Positions 13,385-25,262 of a DNA stretch of 64,000 nt are shown one piece after another; position 1 is the first letter of the stretch, and each line of letters starts with the position of its first letter. The translations under genes were made by a program, and so were the position numbers. Under the pieces are notes generated by a model that did not search any database, was not told where the DNA came from, and saw nothing but the letters and a program-made list of their open reading frames with translations. The stretch is taken from positions 1,054,001-1,118,000 of the forward strand of contig NW_027140453.1 in assembly GCF_036365525.1 (NCBI RefSeq), given 5' to 3'. Origin of the DNA: Heterodontus francisci. Lineage: Eukaryota.

Positions 13385-13975
13385 GGGCTTTATAAATGGA
13401 GGCATGGAGCACAAGCGCTGGGAAGCTATGATGAACATTTCCAAAGCTCTGGTTAGGCTGTAACTGGAAGTTTGCGTTCAGTTCTGGTCACCACACTTTA
13501 GGAAGGATGTGAGTGTCCATGACAGGGTGCAAAGGAGATTTTACCAGAATGGTTCCAGGGATGTTACATGGTTATTTTGGAGAATCTGGGGTTGTTTACC
13601 TTGGTGCAAAGGCGATTGAGGGGAGATCTGATAGAGGAAACAAGATTGTGACAGTGTTAGTTAAGGTAGACAGAGTAAACCTGTTCCCATTAGTGGATGG
13701 TGCAAGGACTATTGGTCAAAGATTGATGATTCTGGACAATAGATACTGGGGTATTTGAGGAAGAACCTCTATACACAGTGAGTGGTAACAACAGGGAATT
13801 CACTGCCTACCATGGTGGTGGAAGTGGAGACAATGAATGATTTCAAAAGGAAATTTATTGGACACTTGAAGGAGATAATCTTGCTGGGCCACAGGGATAG
13901 AGAGGTAGAATGGGACTGACTGGATTGCATGGACTCGATGGGCAGAATGGCCTCCTTCTGTACCATACAGGCTGT
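13385..13975 (+). mobile_element. CR1 LINE 3' fragment
   Basis: Degenerate CR1 3' coding sequence followed by a gggcagaatggcctccttctgt tail. Confidence 0.8.
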
Positions 13976-14170
13976 ATGACTTTCTGGCTAACTGGCTGTA
14001 AAGTGTTTTCAGATGAAATGGTGTTGCAAAGGTCACCAATAGGGATACACAGGGGCTCGTTGGTTTGCTGAGCTTTCACGATGATGCTGCTCACAGGTGG
14101 GTGTTTTAGGGGCAGGTTGGGAGGGTGAGGATGTTTTTGTCTCACTCTGCCGCAGGGTTGTATCGCTGTG

Positions 14171-14790
14171 CCCATACTCGCTGCACAGTAGTAGGTCGCA
14201 GTGTCTGTCGGCTGGGGGTCGACCAGCTGCAGGGAGAATCGGTTGCTTGCAGAGTCGTGTTGCACAGTGAACCGCTTCTCAAAGCCTGGCCCACAGCTGC
14301 CGTGCTCATTGCACATCCACTTTACTGCCTTCCCCTCCTGCCTGTACCAGTGCATGGTGTAGCTGCCCATGCTGGCTCCCTCCAAGCTGCAGCCGAGGGC
14401 GAGGGGCTTCCCCGGTCGAATAGAAGCCGCAGCTGGAGTCTGGACCGCAGTGGGTGCAGACTGAACCCCTGGAACACATTCCATAAAAGAAAGTAATTCA
14501 GAATCATGGAAGGAAAATGGTAGCATAAATCATAAAATCTAACAGAATAGAAAGAGGCCGTTCTGCCCATCGTATCTGCTGTTTGAAAGAGCTATCGAGT
14601 TAGTCGCACTTGCCCCTGCTCCTACCCCATTGCCCTCCCAATTTCCCCGCTCCAAGCACTGATCCAATAGCCATTTGGGAGATTACTATTGAATCTACTT
14701 CCTCCTGCTGAAGGGATACCACTTACACCAAATCCAATGTCCAAGCAATAAGATGACCAAGATTGAGATGTTTTTAGCTAAGAGTGCCAT
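14171..14790 (-). CDS. TRBV: TRB V segment V4: leader exon 14790-14727 (MALLAKNISILVILLLGHWIW), V exon 14468-14171; apparently functional, inverted relative to D-J
   Basis: T|gtaagt donor and ttccag acceptor in phase 1. LGC..SMGSYTMHWYRQ..DTATYYCAAS. 23-RSS CACAGCG (14170-14164)-23-ACAAAAACA (14140-14132). Confidence 0.92.
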
Positions 14791-16075
14791 CGCCCTTCTC
14801 AGAAGCAGAGAGGCAGCCCTTACTGAGCAACAAGCCAGTGCCTGGTAAATGGAAATGCCACCACTTGTGATGAAGAGAGTGGAATGATTGGACGCCCATC
14901 CTGTACCTCGACCACGCCTGTCAGCAGAGTGAACAAATGAGGAGCACTTCCCTCGGCAGCATTGCTGTTATTTTTGCAGATTCCTGCAAGCCCCTGAGCC
15001 GGACTTTCTCTCTTCCCTTCCCAACATTCCCACATTTCCTTCCATGGAATATTGCCTTATTTTTTGATTGGTCATGAATGTGCTGACGATGCGAAAGATA
15101 GGTTGGAAAACAAATTGTGAGGAGGGCACAAAGAGTGTGCAGAGGGATATAGATAGGTTAAGTGAGTGGGCAAAAAATTGGCAGATGGAGCATAATGTGG
15201 GCAAATGTGAGCTTGCCCACTTTGGCAGGAAGAATGGGAATTCAGAACATCATTCCACCCAGTCTGTCTCTCCATTTTTGGTTATATTGCACCATTTATC
15301 TATCTATTTATCTTGATCATATATATATATTTGCCATCGATTTATCTACCTGTCTCTCACCTCTCTAAATATGCATCCACCATATATCTGACGTTTATCA
15401 TCTATCTAACACAACTATTTGCACCGTACCAGTTTAATTATTGATATATCATGATTTGCATTTTACTGATAGTTTCATCTTCTTGCTCTCCTTCGACTCA
15501 GAGTACATCAATACATTATGAATTATTAAAAATGCTGCAGCAATGTGCTCAGATCCTTCTCGTTAAGGCAGCCTCTATCTGTAAAGAACAGATTCCGAGG
15601 TGGGGTAAATGGGTTCATGGTCCTGTTGAATGAGCTGTCTGTGGTATGTGACAAGAGTTACACATAGCTCCCTGTTGTACATGTCCCCAATGATTCATAC
15701 AATGCAAAAGTGAGACACCTCCCCAGATAGGTCTCTCACTGGAACACCTGCCTCCTGACGGTGGTTTGAGCATCTGTTCAAAACAGTTAACCCACTTCTT
15801 CATGACACTGTCGCTTTTCAAAGTACCTAACATTTCACCACAATGTAAAACATAGCCCTTGAATTGTCGTTTAGCAAAGGGGAAATAAATCTTTATCTGC
15901 CTAATATAAACAAGCCACTTGATGTGTCTTATATATTTATAGAATCATACAGCAGAGCCGAGGCCATTCAGCCCATCGAGCCTGGCCCGGCTGTTCGAAA
16001 GAGCCACCCTATACAACACCAATCAGACACAACCAACGAGAGCCAGATACAGACGGGAAGCAGTTCCTTATTCAA

Positions 16076-16424
16076 GCGGCACAGTGGCGCAGTGGTTAGC
16101 ACCGCAGCCTCACAGCTCCAGGGACCCGGGTTCGATTCCGGGTACTGCCTGTGTGGAGTTTGCAAGTTCTCCCTGTGTCTGCGTGGGTTTTCTCCGGGTG
16201 CTCCGGTTTCCTCCCACAAGCCAAAAGACTTGCAGGTTGATAGGTAAATTGGCCATTATAAATTGTCACTAGTATAGGTAGGTGGTAGGGAAATATAGGG
16301 ACGGTGGGGATGTTTGGTAGGAATATGGGATTAGTGTAGGATTAGTATAAATGGGTGGTTGATGTTCGGCACAGACTCGGTGGGCCGAAGGGCCTGTTTC
16401 AGTGCTGTATCTCTAATCTAATCT
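16076..16424 (+). mobile_element. Full-length tRNA-derived SINE with LINE-like tail, present in the right arm only
   Basis: Box A TGGCGCAGTGG, box B GGTTCGATTCC and a (CTAAT)n tail. Empty site in the left arm at ~8185; near-identical copy at 58274-58617. Confidence 0.9.
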
Positions 16425-16575
16425 CCTTCCGACCATGGGGTGTTATTATTCTGTCATACCCAGAAGTGAGGGGTCAGAAGGAAACCCTGTTTCCAGTGCT
16501 GTCATTTCCGCTCTCTGCTTTATCTTCAGCCGCCTGATATTGGTTCATGAACAGATTCAGCCCTCAGTCTGCAGG

Positions 16576-17391
16576 ATGCAGTTAGTCAAACTCTTCCTAA
16601 TCGTCTGTTCTCTTCTTCCATGTAGGTATTCATTGTTCATAAAGATACCTCTGCTAAAATACTTGCTGTGTTTTCATTCACTACTAACTTCTATCAAACT
16701 AGATTGATAAAACATAATTGCAGTCATTTTCCTGTCATTTCTTAAACTACATACTTTACTTTCACTGTCAATAATATTTACTTAATGAAATTTATGACTG
16801 AATAAAAAATACTTATATATTCGTGACGCTACTATACCTATCTTTAACCGATAAGTTTGCCCTAATTCTGGGTTAATTTGTCTGTCTCATATCACTTGCT
16901 ACATTATTTTTCAATCTCTATATCTATCTGTTTATTATCTATATATCTACAAATATATCATTTAACGATATATTGTCTGCCTATATAGTTATCTAGTATT
17001 ATCTACTTATCTATTTGGATAGTTATAGTTGGTTATCATATGTCACAATATGTTCTAAACTTTTTTAACTATTCTCCTTATTTCTCAAGGCAAAACTCTA
17101 GCAGAGGTGATACACCAGTGGCCAACTCTGGTGGTGGTGAAGGGAGGTGAACCAGCAGAATTAAACTGTTACCAGAATGACAGTAGTAAGAGCGTTATGC
17201 TGTGGTATCGGCAGTTTGCCGGGCAGGGGCTCACCCTAATGGGTCATTCTATTAATGGAATCCCAGTCACATACGAAGGAAAATTTGAGGAGGAGGTGAA
17301 GATTTTAAGGCCCGAGGAGAGACGATGCAGCCTGAGGGTCCTCAAGGTTAAGGCTGCGGATGCGGCGGTGTATTACTGTGCAGCCAGTGAG
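16576..17391 (+). CDS. TRBV: TRB V segment V5: leader exon 16576-16621 (MQLVKLFLIVCSLLP), V exon 17090-17391; apparently functional
   Basis: T|gtaggt donor and ctcaag acceptor. IHQWP..LNC..LWYRQ..DAAVYYCAAS. 23-RSS CACAGCG (17392-17398)-23-ACAAAAACC (17422-17430). Confidence 0.95.
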
Positions 17392-17784
17392 CACAGCGCT
17401 GCAGACTGCCTTAGTGCCAGGACAAAAACCAACAGGGTGAACAACACAACTCACTGACATACAGGAGCAATGACAATGGTTAATGTCTCTCCCTGCCTCA
17501 CCGGCCATTTTCCAAGCTGGTGATTCCCGGATTCCTGAACCTTCATCAAGGGCTGAATGACAGGGAATAGCAGAAGGTACGAGGAAGAGAGAGAAGGAAA
17601 GAGAGAGATGTGTCTCAGATCCCCTGCAAAATTTCAAAGTCCTCGTCTACACTGTTTAATTTCTGGCACTGAGTATGTTAAAACTAAATCACTGTCGCTG
17701 TCTCATACTTGATTAATTAAAAGGTTAATTAATGATCGAAATAAGACAGAAAGTTAACATCGCCATTGTGAAGTGATCGATAGA

Positions 17785-18310
17785 GTATCAATCATCTACA
17801 AGGCACAAGTCAGGAGTGTGATGGAATACTCTCCACTTGCCTGGATGGATGCAGCTCCAACAACACTCAGGAAGCTCAACACCATCCAGGAAAAAGCAGC
17901 CCTTTTGATCATCACCCCATCTACCACCTTCAACACTCACTCCCTTCACAACAGTGGCAGCAGTGTGTACCATCTACAAGATGCTTTGCAGCAAAGCATC
18001 GAGCGTCCTTAGACAACACCTTCCAAACCAACCAACTCTACCAACTAGAAGGACAAGGGCAGCAAATACATGGGGGCACCACCACCTGCAAGTTCCCCTC
18101 CAAGTCACACACCATCCTGACTTGGAACTATATCGCCATTTCTTCACTGACACTGGGTCAAAATCCGAGAACTCCCTTCCCAACAGCACTGTGGGTGTAC
18201 CTACCCCCCATGGCTCAAGAAGGCAGCTCACCACCACCATCTCAAGGGTAATCAGTGTTGTGAAATAATTGCTGGCCTTGTGAAAGAAACTCACGTCCCA
18301 TGAAGGAATA
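17785..18310 (+). mobile_element. LINE 3' fragment (mirror of 6665-7200)
   Basis: Encodes IYKAQVRSVMEYSPLAWMDAAPTTLRKLNTIQEKAA. Confidence 0.75.
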
Positions 18311-18614
18311 AGAAAAAAAGTTATATCAGGTCTTCCACGACTTCAAGACGCCCCAAAGCAGTTAACAGCCAACTAAGAACTGGAAAATGATGGTCAGATC
18401 CTCTGCAACTTCTTTCCTTGCTTTGATTTTTTTTTATTCATTCTGGGGACCTGAGTCCCTCTGAGAAGGCCAGTAGTTATTCAACATCGCTAATTGCCCT
18501 GGAGAAGGTGTGTGCTGCCTTGTAGATAACTGAAGGGTTTGCTGGGTCATTTCAGAGAGCAGTGTACTTAAAACACGGAAGCCAACTGGTGTACAGCACC
18601 ATGCCATAGGCAGC

Positions 18615-18648
18615 ATAGACAGGCAGATAGATAGCTAGGAAGGCAGAC

Positions 18649-18705
<57 letters not shown>

Positions 18706-18980
18706 TCAGACAGATAGATAAAAAGACAGATGGGTAGACAGATTGATAGATAGACAGACAGATAGGTAGACGGATAGATAGACAAATAGGCAAATAGATT
18801 GTTAGATAGACAGACAGATATGCAGATAGGTAGATGTGAAGACAGACAGACGGATTCATACAGATAGAGAGACAAATTGACACAGATAGACAGACACACA
18901 GCCATGCAGATATATAGATAGAGAGAAAGATAGACAGATAGCTACAGAGATAGATAGATAGCTGTATAGATAAACAGACA
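18615..18980. repeat. (TAGA)n/(CAGA)n microsatellite (mirror of 5480-6360)
   Basis: Directly visible. Confidence 0.9.
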
Positions 18981-19129
18981 GAGATCTTTTTCTCCCTTTC
19001 TCCATCCATCTCTATCACTGCCTCTCTTTTACTCTATCTGTTTTTCACCCTATCATCCTCTCTGACTCTGTCTCGCACTGTGTCTCTCTCTCATTCCTTG
19101 GCACTTTCACATACACTCTATCCCTCCAA

Positions 19130-20735
19130 TAGAATCATAGAAAGTTTAAGGCACAGAAAGAGGCCACTTGGCCCATCGTGTCTGTGGCGGCTGAAAAACA
19201 ATCCACCTATTCAAATCACACCTTCCAGCATTTGGTCCATAGCCCTGCAGATTACGGCACTTGAGGTGCATATCCAGACTCCTTTGAATTAGTTGAGAGT
19301 GTCTGCCTCAACTACCCTTTCAGGCAGCGAGTACCTGACCCCCACTACCCTCTAAATTTTTCCTTATCTACCCTCTAATTCTTCTACCAATCACATTAAA
19401 TCTCTTCCCCCTCGTCACTGATCTCTCTGCCAAGATGAATAGACCTTTCACCTCCACTCTATCCAGGCCCCTTCAATATTTTGCACATTTCAAACAGTCA
19501 TCCCCTCAGCTTTCTCTGTTCCAAGGAGAACAACCCCAGCCTATCCAATCTTTCCGCATAGCTGCATTTTCCAGTTCTGGCAACATCCTCGTAAATCCCC
19601 TCTGTACCCTCTCTGGTGCAATTACATTCTTTCTGCAATGAGGTGAGCAGAACTGCACACAGTACTCAAGTTGTGGCCTAACCAATGAGTTATACAGTTC
19701 CAGCATAACTTCCCTGCTCTTGTATTCTATACCTCAGCTAATAAAGGAACGGATTCCATATGCCTTCTTAACCACCTTATCGACCTGTCCTGCTACCTTC
19801 AGTGATCTGTAGACATTCACTCCAAGGTCCCTCACTTCCTCTGCACTTCTCAGTATTTTCCCATTAATCGTGTATTCCTCTGCCTTGTTTGACCACCCCA
19901 AATGCATCACCTCACACCTCTCCAAGTTGGATTCCATTTGCCACTCTTCTGCCCATCTGACAAGACCATCAATATCTTCCTGCAGCCTACACCAATCCTC
20001 CATGCGATCTACCACACGGCTAATCCTTGTGTTGTCTACATACATTTGGATTATGCCCCCCTACATTTACATCCAAATCGTTAATAAATACCACAAAAAG
20101 CAGGGAACCCAATACTGAGCCCTGTGCAACGCCACTGCAAACAGCCCTCCAGTCGCTAAAACAACCATCAACAATTACCCTTTGTTTCCTGCCACTGAGC
20201 CAATTTTGTATCCACCTTGCTGCATTTCCCTGGATCCCATGGGATTTTGTTTTTTTTAACCAGTCTGCCATGTGCAGCCTTTTCAAAAGCCTTGCTAAAA
20301 TCCAGGTAGACCACGTCAACTGCACTACCCTCATCTATCTTCCTTGTTACTTCTTCAAAAAATTCGATCGAATTGATCAAACAAGTTCATCCCTTAACAA
20401 ATCTATGCTGACTATCCTGGATTAATCTGTGCCTTTCTAAGTGACAGTTTATCCTGTCTCCCAGAATAGATTGCAATAATTTGCTCACTACTGAGGTCAG
20501 ACTGACTGGCCTGTAATTAGTCAGTCTATCCTTCTCTCCCTTTTTAGACGGAGACACAACGTTAACAATTCTCCAATCCTCCGGCACCACACCTGTAATC
20601 AGTGAGGACTGCAAAAAGATGGTCAGATCCTCTGCTATATCTTCTCTTGCTTCTTTTTGCAGCCTAGGATTCATTTCATCCTGCCCTGGTGATTTATCAA
20701 CTTTCATGGATGCTAATCCCATTAATGATTCCTCC
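19130..20735 (-). mobile_element. 5'-truncated CR1-type LINE (mirror of 3745-5343)
   Basis: RT motifs in ORFs 20387..20866, 20168..20380, 19734..20045 and 19506..19706. Confidence 0.9.
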
Positions 20736-20749
20736 CTCAGCTTCGCTCC

Positions 20750-21135
20750 CTTAAATCCAGAGCAACCAGCAGAAAGTGTCTTAGATCCGCCGCAAACATG
20801 CCATTCAATTTCATCGACGTTTACTATTTTCCTTCTGTCGCTGAGTATGTTTAAATTCTGGCACAATTACTGTTTTACATTTGATCAACTGCTTAATGAG
20901 CTCAACAAGACTGTGCGGCGGTGACTTGTGAAATCAGCAATCAATTATTGAATATAAGATAGTGAAGTCATTAATCTGTTCAACCTTTTTTGGCAACAAA
21001 ATTGTGAAGAATATACTGTTAACCATATAATATCTACACCCACTTCTACTCATGTAGATTTCACTATTCTGCTTTACATCTGTACAGATACTGGGAGGAA
21101 ATTAGGACAAAGACTGAATTTGTATCGTTAATTCT
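20750..21135 (+). pseudogene. Orphan V leader/intron relic (leader 20798-20844, 47 nt, frameshifted; no V exon follows)
   Basis: ATGCCATTCAATTTCATC..GCTGA|gtatgt versus V7 leader ATGCCTTTCAGTTTCATC..GCTGA|gtaggt; intron homology runs to ..cgttaattc. Confidence 0.72.
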
Positions 21136-21589
21136 GCGGGTAATAATCCTCTGCAGGTGAGGATGAAACACTGAGAAGGAGGATGAATTTCGGGAAGTGA
21201 CTTGAAGAAGCCCACAGCATGGGTTTCACTGGGAAAGTAACAAACACAGCTTGTTGCAGTTGCACCATGCTGCCACTGGTCGGCGCAGTGGCTCCACTAT
21301 ATTTCGCGCCACCACAGGCTTTGGCGCCGCTGATCAATGAGTCAATTCCTCTGCTTCTGCAATCTTTTCACTTTAAAGGCTAAACGCAGTTAGATTGCCA
21401 CTTTACAGTGATGTTATATGAGCCGCCTCCGCTGCCATCGAACTATCCACCTTCTTTTCCTCCACTACTGATTTTAATTTGCAAAAGGATGTTAATAATC
21501 CCCTGTTCTGCACCATAACCTCTGGAGTCACCCAAAGCAGCTATCGTTGCACCGCCCCTTGTTTTTTTCACCTACCCTCTCCAACACCT

Positions 21590-22170
21590 CGCTACCTTCA
21601 GAATTCCCCTCGCATCGGCATGAAAGCAAGCTCACAAAGGCTTGTGAAGGTATTTGCAGCAGAATAGAAAGTGGGGTGCAAGGGGGGGAAATGGAGAGAA
21701 GAAACAAGTGGAAAGGGGCGGAAGGAAGCAAACAAAAGAATGGGGGACAACTTAAAAAGTAGGGGCGGGGACCATCTCAATGACGTTCTGCACTAGGGGT
21801 ACTACAACTGCCTCTTACCCTTAAACCAGAGTAACCAGCAGAAAGTGTCTCAGATCTGCACCAAACATCCCTTTCAACTTCATCACCTTTGCTATTTTCC
21901 TTCTGGCGCTGAGTAGATTAAAATTCTGTCCCAATCACTCTTCTACATTTGATCAACTGATTAATGATCTCAGTAAAACTGTGAAATAAGCAATCAATCA
22001 TTTAATATAAGATAGTGAAGTCTTTAACCTGTTCCCTAGTTTGGGTGCCCAAGTGTTATTAATATGATGTTAACACTTTAATAATTCCACCCACTTGCAA
22101 GCATGTAGATTCCACTAGTTTATTTCACAGTTTTATAGATTCAGGTTCTTGTAGGAAATTAGGTCAAAGA
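21590..22170 (+). pseudogene. Orphan V promoter/leader/intron relic (ATG mutated to ATC at 21867; no V exon)
   Basis: Homologous to 24220-24860, including the GGGGCGGG box and the leader donor. Confidence 0.72.
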
Positions 22171-22798
22171 CCCAATTTCTTAAATTTCCTAAAACAAAAA
22201 CCCTCACAACAGGCTGGGCTCAGACTGGGGGAATGTGACAGGGGGAAGCAGAGAGACACACTTCGAATGCTATAAGATGATGGAACTGATTGATAGGGCA
22301 GATTTACAGAGGATGTTTCCACAAAGTCAATCCCATCACATGCCGATTCGATACAGAGTTAAGCCTATCACGCATTGGATAGGTACAGAGGCAGACCCAC
22401 CACCTAGCAATAAGGTGCAGAGTAAAACCTCCCATTCACTGGTTAGATCGGGATGTCAGACAAACAGTGTAACTCCCCTTACCTCACTCCCTCACATCAC
22501 TGCTATCTCAGAGGGATCCTCTGAGTTGCTGCAGTTTTAAAGTAACTCCAGACCCCGCCATCAATGGGAGGACACAGCCCGGCCGATTACTCAGGTCCTG
22601 GTTTAACCCCGCCCCAGAAAAGTACAGTCCCCTCGTGGGAGACGATGAACAAGTACAAAGAGATTTGCTCCTCCCATCCGACCATTTAACAGTGGGGAGG
22701 AGGGGACAGTAAATCCCACTCAGAACATTGAGATATTACGCAATAAAACAGCTCAGTGATTTCACACAATGAACACATGGATCTGTCTCCCTCCAGAG

Positions 22799-23192
22799 AT
22801 GACTGTGTCTCACCTCTGGGTTGTGTTGCTGGTGTTAAGGGGTAAGGTGGAACTGAACTGGGAGATGACAGTGATCCTCACTGATCCTTGCCCGAATGTC
22901 CCCTTTGGGGTTTAACCCCCTCCGAGGTTTATTAACACCGTTTGGCTGTGTAGATTCTCTCTGCATCGGTTTATATATCACTCGGTCTATCTCTCTCTTT
23001 TTCTTCCTATCTTTTTCACACTTTCTCTCTCCCTATCCTCTTTTTTCTGTCTTTTTCTAGTCTGACTCTCCTTTTGTCCGTTTCTCATTCTCCCTGTCCC
23101 TGTCTGCTTTCCTCTCTCTCTCTCTTTCTCTCACTCTTTCCCTTTCTTTGTTCTATGGATTACCCTTGGTTTTACCTTTAACTTTCTGTCAT

Positions 23193-23231
<39 letters not shown>

Positions 23232-23703
23232 GCATGTCTCATTTTCTCTCACTCACTCTTTCTCCCTCTCTATTTTTCTGTCTTTATAACACGGAGCTCT
23301 CTCTCTCTCTGTTTCTCTCTCACACACACTCCCACCTCTCCATTCATTTACCCCTTCATGGTGCATCATTCTTAACACCTCTCTGCTCACTTTGTGTTTT
23401 ACAGATGTTGGAGCCGTGCTGATCCAACAGATTCCCCCTTCTATATCCCATTCCCCGGGATCTCCAGTCAGCATCGAGTGCATTTGCACTGAAGCAGCAG
23501 CTGACTCGTATTTCCACTGGTACCGATGGCACCCTGACAGTGAGCCTCAGGACCTTTTCTATTCTAACTACATCGACATGGTCACCCCCTCCGGTGAGGT
23601 GGACGGTTTCACCGCCAGGAGACCTGACAGCACTCACTTTTACCTGGAGTCCTCCGGCCTGTGGGAGAATCACTCAGCCGTGTATTACTGTGCCTGGAGT
23701 TTA
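22799..23703 (+). CDS. TRBV: TRB V segment V6 (CAWS-ending, TRBV30-like): leader exon 22799-22841, V exon 23405-23703; apparently functional, one aa different from V1
   Basis: Splice sites in phase and V-set motifs present. 23-RSS CACAGTG (23704-23710)-23-ACAAAAAAC (23734-23742). Confidence 0.93.
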
Positions 23704-24529
23704 CACAGTGACTCAGAGAAATACAGCAGTTCAACAAAAAACCCAAAGGAGACAGGAATTAACTGTGGCAGAGTGATCTGTCTCTCTGTCTGCCTGTGAG
23801 TCTGTCTGTCTCCTTGTATGTCTCTTTAACAATCTGTCTATCTAAACACACAACTGTCTGTCTGCATCTGTGCATACATTTCACTCATCCTCCTGTCTGC
23901 AACCTGTCTATCGATCTATCATCCACTAACCTACCTGCCTCTATTCTTTACTTCATGACGTTAAATAAATGATATACCATTCACATCGATTAGTGGACCT
24001 ACTCTCTGCAAATGTAGAAGAGTTCAACTCATTTTGAGTTATCAATAATGCCATGTCAATGATTGTCTCGCCTCTCTCTTCACTGTTGCCTCCATATATT
24101 AACAAGTACATGAGGAGCGGGGTGAAAAGGGGTTTTAAAGGGCAGAGCTGAAAGGGTGGAAGGAGGAGTGTGGGGAGCCGTTATGCTGTCTGAGGGAAAG
24201 GATTGGGACAAATCCCCTTCTCCAACACCTCGTTACCTTCAGAGATCACCTGGCTTCGGTGTGAAAGCAAGCTCACAAAGAGATAAGAATGAGGATATTT
24301 ACAGTGGAGCAGAAAGTGACGAGGGGGGAGGCAAGGGGAGAGAATAAAGAGGGAAGCGGTGGCATAAAGAAGCAAGCAAAAGAATGGGGGACAACTTAAA
24401 GGTAGGGGCGGGGATCATTGCCTTGAGATAACTTCCTCTTATGACGATCCGCTCTGCCAACACCTCATCTCTCTCCCTCCCTTAAAACCCAGAGTAACCA
24501 GCAGAAAGTCTCTCAGATCCACCGCAAAC

Positions 24530-25262
24530 ATGCCTTTCAGTTTCATCCTCTTTGCTATTTCCCTTCTGGCGCTGAGTAGGTTAACACTCTGTCCCAATCA
24601 CTCTTCTACATTTGATAATAGAAAGGGATGATTAATGATCTCAATATAACTGAGCAGCGATTACTTGTTAAATCAGTAATCGATTATTTCATATCAGACA
24701 GTGAACTCATTCATCTGTCCCCCAGTTCGGGAAGACAAGTGCTATTAATATGATGTTAACTCTTTAATGTTTGCACCCACTTGCAAGCTTGTGGATTCCA
24801 CAATTCTATTTTACAGTTGTAAAGATCCAGATGCTTGCAGGAAATTAGGACACAGACCGAATTTCCGTCGTTAATTCGGTGCAACACCGACGTCCATCGT
24901 CGCAATTGTAACTCCATCGATACCAGTTCATTCACTCTAATTTCTCTTTCTAGGTGTTTGCCGGGGTGATGTGATACATCAATGGCCTCAGTCACTGGCT
25001 GTTAAACAACCTGGACCCGTGGAAATGAACTGTCTGCAGGAAGGAGCAGTTCGCAACAACATGTACTGGTATCGTCAGTCCCCCGGCAGAGGATTCCTGT
25101 TAATCGGGTTTACATTAGCAGCAGGTGAACCTCAATATGAAGATGGATTTAAGAGCGGATTTGCAATCACGAGGACTCTGGAAAATAAGAAATCCACTCT
25201 GACGATCGAGAGTGTGAACGCCAAAGACGAGGCGGTGTATTTCTGTGCAGCTGCTGATGGGA
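24530..25262 (+). CDS. TRBV: TRB V segment V7: leader exon 24530-24575 (MPFSFILFAISLLAL), V exon 24954-25262; apparently functional
   Basis: A|gtaggt donor and ttctag acceptor. IHQWP..MNC..MYWYRQ..DEAVYFCAAA. 23-RSS CACAGCG (25263-25269)-23-ACAAAAACC (25293-25301). Confidence 0.95.

Larger units (their letters stand above)
15265..24476. repeat. Right arm of the inverted segmental duplication
   Basis: Colinear reverse-complement match to 1-~8990. Confidence 0.95.

Noticed and set aside
16084-16140. tRNA gene
   Set aside because: The A/B boxes belong to the SINE head and continue into the SINE body and tail.
21213-21250. CACAGCA...ACAAACACA after an orphan leader as a leftover V RSS
   Set aside because: The spacer is 20 nt and no V-like coding sequence precedes it.
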